Shown here piece by piece: positions 52,268 to 61,300 of a stretch of 64,000 nt of DNA. Location of the stretch: NCBI GenBank assembly GCA_047495785.1, contig JBLDXI010000023.1:62001-126000 (forward strand). Direction: 5' to 3'. The number at the start of each line of letters is the position of its first letter. The stretch's first letter is position 1. The notes below the pieces were generated by a model, which was not told the origin of the DNA, did no database searches, and saw nothing but the letters and a program-made list of their open reading frames with translations. Source of the stretch: Lepidodermella squamata (Eukaryota > Animalia > Gastrotricha). The translations under genes were made by a program, and so were the position numbers.

Positions 52268-52526
52268 CCGAACACCGCCGAACAACGTTTTTTGAAGAAA
52301 AACAGCGACGAACAGGCCCGAACAATTTTCGGATGTCGATCGAAGACTCCGAACAAAGTGGAACAACTGCTAGCGTTTGTTCGATGTTGTTCCTTTATGT
52401 GAAACGTAACGAAGCATAACGAACAAAAGCGAACTAGTGGAAAATAAATGTTCGGAGTTGTTCATTGCTGTGAAACGTGACGTACAAAACAGAACAAATA
52501 TACACATTTTGTTCCCAGTTGTTCCC
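52268..52526. repeat. Array of GAACA/TGTTC motifs in both orientations upstream of the transposase
   Basis: More than ten GAACA or TGTTC occurrences in about 260 bp; probable transposase-binding subterminal repeats. Confidence 0.5.
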
Positions 52527-53617
52527 GTCTAGTTTAATCGGATGCAAGTAGGAAAATATGTGAAATTATGAGTCGAATTTCAACTCGTGACCGTTGACTA
52601 ATCGAATTAATAAAACAGCTCATAGTAGCCCAATGTTTTACAGGTTACGTGTTTTGCCATTGCAAATTCGTGTATAATGGAATTTTCGGCATTGTCTCTT
52701 GCTCAAATATGGTGCTCTCATTTCCATTAGTTTAATACCAAGAAATAAGAATAAATGAAAACAAGCGCATTTGAGTCATAATACGGCACATTTTATTGCT
52801 GAAATACCAGTTGTAGTCCTAATGATTTATATAAAATAAATCATAAAACTCGCGCTTCATCCATGCATAGCAAGTAGTCAGATTAATCACTGGATTTTGC
52901 GGTTTGAAATTATACATTTTTCTCGCAGATGCCCAACGGTTTGAAGCTCGAAGGGACATGTTCTCCGCTGATCAAGTTGTATCGTCAGAAATTAGCCTTT
53001 TTAATGGCCTGTAATTGAGTCAAATAGCTGAGAAATATCGATTTCATAAGGCTCGCTCAATCACGATGTATTATTTTGGAGAGAAAACTTATGCGATCGT
53101 AAAGTTATAACCATTCGGGAATATTTAAGGAAAATTCAATGTGATTATATATGGCAGTAACAGCTCCAACTTTTCTTACGAGATCAGGTTAAGAAGTCAT
53201 AAATCGTAACAACAAATAAATCATTATTTAATTAATATTTAGTTAAGATTTTATGATTCTCAGTTAAGATTTCAGGGAACAGAAGCCGGGAACATATTGT
53301 AATGTAATAGCACATATTTTCAAGGTTCAAATTGAAATTCGGAGTTCGAAGGGAAGAAATTAGGAAATATTAAGGCGGATGTGAAGCATCATTTGTTCTC
53401 ATTACAACACGGCGATGTAAAGATGCCCTGAAATTATTACCAAAATCACCAGTTATCACAAACGAAATCACTATTGCAATATCGAATATGGATGAGCATT
53501 GATATATTTCACCTCGTAGAAAATAAACGAATTACTTCATGAAACAATCATATTTTAGGAGCAACTCTACGGCACATTATTCAAATGAGAATTTGCCTTC
53601 GAGGTGGATCGGGTTCG

Positions 53618-53953
53618 TTAGGGTGTAGATCGCGACCTAGAAGGACGAGCGGAAGGCGATGCGATTGTACAGTTTATCGCAGACGGAGTATTGAACCTGT
53701 TGTTGCCAACGAAGAGGCCGCTGTTGACGAACAAGGCATATGGCACCAAGCTCCACGACTTGAGGCCGACGAACGACGAGGCCAAATCCGCCAGTCTCCA
53801 GTCGGTGAAGAAGAGACCGAAATTGGAGATCGAGTAGCCGTAGATGCCAGACGAATTGTTATTTAGGCAGTTGAACAGGCTGAACGAGTTCGGGTAGCCG
53901 TAATAATCCCCACATGCTAGGTACGACTGGAATAAAGAGGGTACTTCAGTCAT
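53618..53953 (-). other. Coding-like fragment of unknown identity within the TE island
   Basis: GC-rich island in AT-rich surroundings; the minus frame has strong C/G third-position bias (GIYGYSISNFGLFFTDW...). No family recognised. Confidence 0.3.
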
Positions 53954-54795
53954 GCCGTAACAGCTGAGCTGCTTCTCATTTCAGCACCGATGGCTGCGCT
54001 AAGTGTTGGCCAGCCACAGGAGTGCAGTAGTAAACCAACGTAATTTTCTCTCGCCTCTGATCTCGCTTCTTCCAGCTGATCATCCATTTCATCTTCAATT
54101 CGACACTCAGTAGCCTATTAATAATAATAATTAAGACTTGATTAAAAAAAGACATTTCTATCGCACCTTATCCACGGCACCGTACCAGGATGCTGCTGCT
54201 AATTGTTGAGGATTTAGTGCCCGGCGAGAGGAGACTAGAGATTGGGCGGGGAAAGTGAGCGTATCAGGAGTTCTCCCTGATTTTCCCTGATTTTCCTATC
54301 ACAACATTATTACTACTGGAGTAGACAGAATAAAATGTCGACTTACCTCACGTCCCATAGTTACTGATGGTTACAATATTTTGATACGAAATTCGATTAA
54401 AATCATTCGAGACTAGGATAAATTGATATCGAAGCCAGTTTCATTTGCTATGATGCGAAGCTTGGCGATTTCGGCGAGTCGGGCGAAGATGATTCTAAAA
54501 TAGCACAATATTATTATTTTAATTGTTTAAACAAATAGCGATCTATAAATTATTAATTATTCAGTAGAACTTCGTACTGAAAAACTATTTTCCAAGCTCT
54601 TAACCCTAGCCCTAATAACTACTGTAACAAATAATTACTCATGCAATTTTTATTTTAATAGATCATGATTTCTGTCTTTGATTCTTTTGATCATTAATTT
54701 TTGATACTTACACGAAAAACGATTGTTTACAACATTGGTAAACTTGTTTAATATTAGTCTCGAAACTTGATTGTTGATATCCTTATTTGTTGTCA

Positions 54796-54837
54796 GACCC
54801 TGAAGATCATGGCTGAATAAAAGCTGAAACATGTCGG
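54796..54837 (+). ncRNA. Second Penelope-type hammerhead motif (solo pseudo-LTR remnant, possibly degenerate)
   Basis: GACC-CUGAAGA-UCAU-GGCU(GAAUAAA)AGCU-GAAA-CAUGUC^GG with the same ATTTGTTGT.AGACC leader as the 43836-43873 copy. It has extra nucleotides before stem II. Confidence 0.65.
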
Positions 54838-55890
54838 ATTAGGCGACTGGTTTTTCGTTTTTAAGTCTTAATTCTTAATTATGATATCGCTTTACCATCA
54901 AATCTTACGACTAAAAATCGAAATAGTTTATTGCAGCCGATAAATTTCCATGGATGAGCCCGTTGTATGGCGAGAATCGGTTGAAACTTGCAAGCCGCCT
55001 GTTCGAGCAAAATTCTTGCCTGAAACAGCAAGGAATCCTCCTCGGACAACCTCTCCAGAAGAATGATTGCTGCTTAAGTCTTTTTCAAATGGATCGCTGT
55101 CCGGACTCTGGACGAATATTTACGCTTCGAGGCAACAATTTATTTGCGCTCCTCGCGGAAGCTGTAAGGATCATTTTTCATTTGCTTGGCATCGATCTGG
55201 ACTACACTGACAGACCACAAAAAACTGCTTCATGAAGCAAGTTCGATTTTTGCAAGTGGTTTTAATTCATTTTATTTGCTTCAGCAAATTTCAAGTTCTT
55301 CAATTTCAGTGGTTCATATTGCTCCTTAAATTACGAAAAATATAACCAGCGTGTTCGTTGTGATTTCACCTATCTGGAACCATCAGCCAAAATGTTTAAT
55401 TGTGATCGGAACCAACGAAATATTTAGTTTCCATGGCCTCAAAGCCTATGATGAATCAGCTGACCATCTGTCGCCCTTGGCGTACACCCTTTTTGACGTT
55501 AGGGGGCGATCTCTACTGAATCATTTGTCATCAGAATGAAGATGCATTTAATTGATTGTGATTAATTTCTCTGTATTCTGTATTATAGGGGATGCTTATC
55601 AGAAATAAAGCTGATTATGTATTTTGTATTGTCTTGTTGGGAACATCTATCAAACTCATAATGAGTGGCTAAGTGAGTTCTGAGGCTATGTGTTATGTGT
55701 CACATTAAAAGTGACCAATCGTGAAATGTCGACAATTTAAAACAAAATCGCCATATTCAATGTGTACAATTTGGCGGATCCTTACAACGCCATGTTGACC
55801 ACAAGGGGTAATCCATATTATCGAGGAATGCGAATCCGAATTGATTTTTCTATCCGGAATAGTGATCAAAAAAAAATCACTGCTCTGATA

Positions 55891-57996
55891 TCAATGCTCT
55901 GATACACCACGGATTTGTTTCAACTGAAACGCAGTCATCAGCGTGTAGATTAGCAGCAGCATCTGAATGGCCCCGAACGATCCTAGCAGGGCTAAACTAA
56001 CGTCCGGCATTTCACATATCACGAACCAAGTTTCTTCCACAGTATCAGAATTTTCATCGTAAATGGGCCGCTGATTTGACTGTTCAACACATGTTGAGTT
56101 ATAGCGAGTAATCAACCACGCGATTATCAAGCCTAAGCTAGGGCAAGCTACAACAGGCCCGTAAGTCACGGTTTTGTTGTCAAACGTTTTGAAAGTCCCC
56201 GACGTGAATCGAACTATCAGTTTCGGTGATCGAGCCGTAGATGGATACATGCTTGTCGGGGCAGATGTCGGGGCCACGGTTAATCGTGATTTCCGCAGCC
56301 CTTTTCTGATGCTCGCTCTAACAAATGCATTTAGGACTGACATTTTGGCTGTAATCAGGCTGCAAACGAAACTCAGGCCGAGGCCTAGAATGAAAATCAC
56401 GGCGTTTTCAATTTCTGCGCTTCCGGCACTCTGTTCTATCACGGAAAGGGCTGAAGCTGCGTTTAAGCTGACGAGACCTATCAAGACGAAGATTTTTGAC
56501 CGTCCAAAATTCCAGAGATCGAATTTCTTGAAAGAAATCGCTGCTATACCTGCTAGTTTTAAACAGGATGAGAAAATCGATAAGGCTATGACAATCGAAA
56601 AGACTGCCGTCGAAATTCGGAGAAAAACCTTCCGAAAAATCGGTTGATCCAGCGGGAGTCTCATTGCAATCGGGTTGAGCGTATCCAACGAGTAACTTCT
56701 CAGATCGAATTCTTCAAGAGCTTTGTTCAGACTTTGCTTGACAAGGTACAGTATCTGCATGCCAGCTGACTGGCTCCACTGAGTCACAACCTGAATATCT
56801 CCCAGCAGTTGGCCAGTTTTGCTGTATGAAGTTCTACCAACTCTGATCCCATTCGGTTCCCTAGCTAAAATAACTTCTTTGGCAATGGAAACCACAATTT
56901 CAGGGCGACTTTCATAGTCTCTGAGTGAGAGATTGAATTCAGTCTTCAACCTACGATCAGTCTCATTGAGGGCTAATACGGCGTTAGTAAGAACATCGTT
57001 GATGTGGAAAGAAGTCAGGTACTCATCAACAGTCAAGTTTGTTGCACGGCTGATGAAACTCTCAAACTGATCAGCTGTATCGCCAAGGTCCGAAATTCTG
57101 TCGCGAACCGTCGGCCTTTGCGCATTGCCAAAGTAGAAAGTTTGCCTAGCTTGGTCTCTTAGTAGCTCCGAACTGCAGCCAAGTAGCGGAGACAATGAGA
57201 AAGCATTCGAAAATGCGAGGAAAACAAATCTGGGCCCAGTTATTCCAGCCTTGTGAGCCTCACAAAGAAATCGCGGGACGATTGTCGAGCTGAAGCTTGA
57301 AATAACTAGAATCCTTAAGCCGGATTTCTTCAGACTGGCAATCACCTCCAACATTGCTTCATCGATCAGGTTGAATATTGGAACTTCAAGCCCGGCTGCT
57401 ACTGCTCGGTTGTTGAAATACAGCCCAGTCAGAAAATCGCTGCCGTAGAGGGTTGTTGTGAGCGAGGCGACCTTTTTCCATCTACCAACCTGCTGAATGA
57501 ACCTTAGCATTGCCACGGCAGTTATTCTTGATGTTGCCAGGGTAAGGAACATATTCGGGTACAAATTTCTATCGGTCAACTGCTGAGCGACGCAAAAGCT
57601 CGACAGAGAAACTGTTTTAATGTGGCCTAGAAAAGTCCCGACAGCCGTGCAGCCCGTTGCAACCGCCGGTCCAATGACGATTGGAGATTGCAATCCGATC
57701 GAAGGGTCTTCTCTGCGGAACCCAATCAAGCGCGAAGCTGCTTGCCATCCCACGATCTCGTCCATCAGGTGGAACTCGAGGAAATAGTCGTTCAACACAT
57801 CACTTCTAGCGTTGATTTTATCGGCGACATAATGCATGGTTTCCACCCCGGCTTGAGCTTGTTTTGGGTCGATCAGGTAAATCGGGGACAGAATTGCCAC
57901 CCGCAGCTTTTGTGCTCTGTAGCCAGCCGTCATGCTTGACCGAATCGCAGAAATATGCATCAGAAGTGTGACAATTATTAACCTGTTTTGAAGCAT
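55891..57996 (-). pseudogene. Subfamily-C GPCR C4: close paralog of C3, truncated after TM5 (701 aa; no TM6 or TM7)
   Basis: Collinear with C3 up to QIRGVSEH, then a stop at a junction with a short TGCTCTGATA duplication, followed by unrelated AT-rich DNA. The ORF is otherwise undisrupted. Confidence 0.85.
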
Positions 57997-58352
57997 GTTT
58001 TTGTCAATTATTAGTGCAGTATGAAAATTTTAATATTTTGAAACCACCGGAATCCGCATGATTGCAGTCATGCTTGGTTTAATATTTCAAAATCGATAAA
58101 AATATGCACCCGGCAAAAGCCATTTCCAACAGACAAATTTTACTCTCGCATTTCACTAATTTTGCACGTCCAGGCCTTCAACGAACTAATCAGCTGCAGA
58201 AATAAGCGGCGAATTCGGCTAGTTCATTGACCTCATGGCGAATGCCCCATTGCTAATTAGGCACGCATTTGAGGTGTTGACGCAAGATCTCGATCATTAC
58301 CCTTGCTTTCACATCAGCCTCTAACCCAACTGTCGAATTTCTGAAATGAAAA

Positions 58353-60650
58353 ATGGTCAGCTTTATTGCTTTCGCTTTATTTAGCCTCAACGCTGCGTTC
58401 AGCGTGGCGACGGCTGCATTCAACGAAACAAAGCCGGTGAAACTGAAAATTCTATTTCTCGCCACCCTCACTCAAATCGACCCATTTGCAACGAAACTGA
58501 TGACGCTGTCTGCGGAATTTGCTATCGAACGTGCTAATGCCAGGCCGGATGTTCTTCCCGGTTATCAATTGGAACTTGAATTCGCCGATGAGGATCTAGG
58601 GAATGCAGCCGTTCGGCAATTGGTCAACTTCAGGAATCGGGCCGCCGATGAGTTGCAAGCCCCTATTATCGTCGGGCCTAGTTTCTCTACTGGTTGCAAA
58701 GCTGCTGGTGCGATTTTACACTACTTAAGCACAGTTGGCATTAGCCAATCTTGCGTGGGACCTAAATTTGAAGACCGCTGGCTTACTCCGAACATGTACC
58801 TATCTCTGTCAACGTTCAGATCGTCTATAATGACGATTCTCATATTCATCAAAGATGTCGGAAAATGGAAGCGATTCGGCATTTGGGCCAATTCTGGCAA
58901 TGTCAACGATTATCAAAACGCGTTCTTCCTTAATGAAAAGGCTGTTAGCTCGGGCCTAGCAGTTCCTTGGTTTAACATTGCCACTGAAGTTCTTCAGGAG
59001 GATCTCGAGTCTTTGAAGATAAGCGGGCTTAGAATCATTTATATAGGAAATTCGAACGGCGTAATTCTAGTCAAATTTCTTTGCGAGGCCCATCTAGCTG
59101 GACTCAGGGGGCCTCGATACATCTTTCTGGCTCCATCCGGTGGGATTGGTGCCTCTCCCGCGAATTCGAAATGTTCTCAGACGGTGTTGATCGAGCAAAT
59201 TCGTCACACTTACTTCTTCGGCAACACCTACCTAGAAAACTACACTCAAACTACAGATCTGGGCTATACTAATCTCGAATTATACAGTGAGATTAGCCGC
59301 AGGGCAAATCGATCGCTGGATGCACTGGCTTGGCTAATAGTTGGCCATGATTCCACCCTAGCAGTCATTATGGCTCTGAATGCTACAGAGACGAAACTCA
59401 GAGCCAACTACAATATGTCGCTACGTGACTATTCTGAAAATCCGCAGTTTATAGCTAGCATTGCCAACGAGTCTGTGATGAATGTTCGATTCACAGGTGC
59501 TCATTACGGCGAGAGGTTCTACAGCTCAGCCGGGCTAATTCAAGGCGATGTTCAAGGCGCACTCATCTATCGTGAGTCATTCGGCGTTAAATACGTTGGA
59601 TTGCAGCGATTAAAGGCCGGGAATCACAGTCAGAATCCATACGATATTGCCAACTATGAAATCAACTTTGTTCGTGATGTGGATTGGATCGAAGGGAGGC
59701 CGCCTTTGGACAGACCTAGAATTGAAATTTGCACCTCGAAAATTTCATTTGAGCTAATTGCCGTAATTTGGTCTGCGCTGAGTGTACTTTCGTCCAACCA
59801 AGCTGTCGCTGCTATTTTCCTCTGGAAATTCAGGCTTCACATCTGGGTGAAATTTCCACGTGCTAAAATGTTTGGTCTAGGAGGCTGTCTACTTCTAAAT
59901 TTATCAGCAGGAACTTTCGTACTTGAGAATCACTTCGCCCAAATATGTACGATTTTTCTTATTTTAGTCAGCGGATCAATGATTTTCGGCACAGCTTCTA
60001 TCAGACCAATTGTTCTGCTGGAATTTACGCGAGAAGTTCGAACTCACGCGAAAAAAGTTAAAAGAGAGCATCCGTTCAATATTTGGTTCTCGGCGCAAAT
60101 CTGGTGGATCTTGGATATTTCCGTCGTCAGGGCAGTTTCAATCTATACTCTGGTTTGTGCTTCTCTGTCCGCGGGCTTGATCGCTAGCCAGAATTTCAAA
60201 TGCGAATCGAAGCTTTCATTCGGGTCATTTTACAACGATGCATCAGATACCGTGTTTGAGAGTCAATCGATGCAGTGTTCATGGAGTGCTGCTTACACCA
60301 CCGTTGGTTGGAGTCTCATCGGGACGATTGCAGGACTCCAAACTGTAGCTCTGTCCCTCGCCATCGTCTCGTGCTATCAATTGAAGCGAGTGAAAGGCAT
60401 GGCCCGTGTTCGTGAGTTTTGGCCCATGTGCTTCGCTGCCGCCACTGGCATAACCCTGTACGCGTCTGCCATTGGCGTAGCAGTGCTAACAGCGCAAGAT
60501 CAAGTGGAGCAGCGTATTGCTGTGTCGCTGTGCTGTCTCCTGATTTCAATGACCGAGTCTGCCACCTGGATTGCGCCTCTAGCATCGAACATATTGCAAC
60601 GCCGTCGCATTGCTGCTAGGAGACGATTCTCCGAAAGGAGTTCACGATAA
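58353..60650 (+). CDS. GABA-B-like class C GPCR, subfamily C, copy C5 (intronless, 765 aa)
   Basis: Single ORF with signal peptide, NARPDVLPGYQL, PIIVGP, GKWKRFG, FLCEAHLAGLRGPRYIFL, FTG, PPLD, 7TM and an Arg-rich short tail. Confidence 0.92.
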   Translation: MVSFIAFALFSLNAAFSVATAAFNETKPVKLKILFLATLTQIDPFATKLMTLSAEFAIERANARPDVLPGYQLELEFADEDLGNAAVRQLVNFRNRAADELQAPIIVGPSFSTGCKAAGAILHYLSTVGISQSCVGPKFEDRWLTPNMYLSLSTFRSSIMTILIFIKDVGKWKRFGIWANSGNVNDYQNAFFLNEKAVSSGLAVPWFNIATEVLQEDLESLKISGLRIIYIGNSNGVILVKFLCEAHLAGLRGPRYIFLAPSGGIGASPANSKCSQTVLIEQIRHTYFFGNTYLENYTQTTDLGYTNLELYSEISRRANRSLDALAWLIVGHDSTLAVIMALNATETKLRANYNMSLRDYSENPQFIASIANESVMNVRFTGAHYGERFYSSAGLIQGDVQGALIYRESFGVKYVGLQRLKAGNHSQNPYDIANYEINFVRDVDWIEGRPPLDRPRIEICTSKISFELIAVIWSALSVLSSNQAVAAIFLWKFRLHIWVKFPRAKMFGLGGCLLLNLSAGTFVLENHFAQICTIFLILVSGSMIFGTASIRPIVLLEFTREVRTHAKKVKREHPFNIWFSAQIWWILDISVVRAVSIYTLVCASLSAGLIASQNFKCESKLSFGSFYNDASDTVFESQSMQCSWSAAYTTVGWSLIGTIAGLQTVALSLAIVSCYQLKRVKGMARVREFWPMCFAAATGITLYASAIGVAVLTAQDQVEQRIAVSLCCLLISMTESATWIAPLASNILQRRRIAARRRFSERSSR

Positions 60651-61300
60651 TCATCGAGTGCAAGCGAAGCACTGTTAGAAGCTAAGAAACGCTGATAATG
60701 AATTTAATGTTTAATTAGTTCAGTTGGAATAAAACGGCTATACCATAAACTAACTATGTGTTCGTCTCGCGGAAGAACCAGCACTTTGTCTATTCTGAAA
60801 AGTACTACATATCCATGGCTCTATAGAAGAGCAGTATAATACTCTGCGAACTGTTAAATTAGCTACGGCCGACGCCCTGTACTCGCTGAACAGCTGAAAG
60901 AAAAACTGGTGGGTATTTACCAGATTAACAGATCAATTTGAAATTCGCAAAAAATAGATGGTGCGTGATTTTGACGACGATAAATGATAAACACTCTTAA
61001 TTGCTTCATTTTGAGATGTTCATCTTTTAAAAAAGGGAGAAATTTCAAAATATTTAGGCTGACTGCTCCGGCTTTAATTTCGCTTATATCAGGGAGACAT
61101 ACGACCTGCCTCTCTCGGTTCTCACTGTCTCCTCTTGGGTCGATCACACTATAACAAATGATGTGATATTCATAAAGCTATTTCATATAGCAACTATTTA
61201 CCATTTATTGCCATACTATTTTAATTATTTCCAATTATTTTCAAAAATTATTGGAGCAAAACTAAATTCGTTGAAGTTGGGTTTGCATGCGAATCCGCTT

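Noticed and set aside
20326-60650. Receptor guanylyl cyclases or ionotropic glutamate receptors, which share the ANF/VFT domain
   Set aside because: The VFT is followed by seven TM helices and a short tail, with no kinase-homology, cyclase or S1/S2 pore domains.
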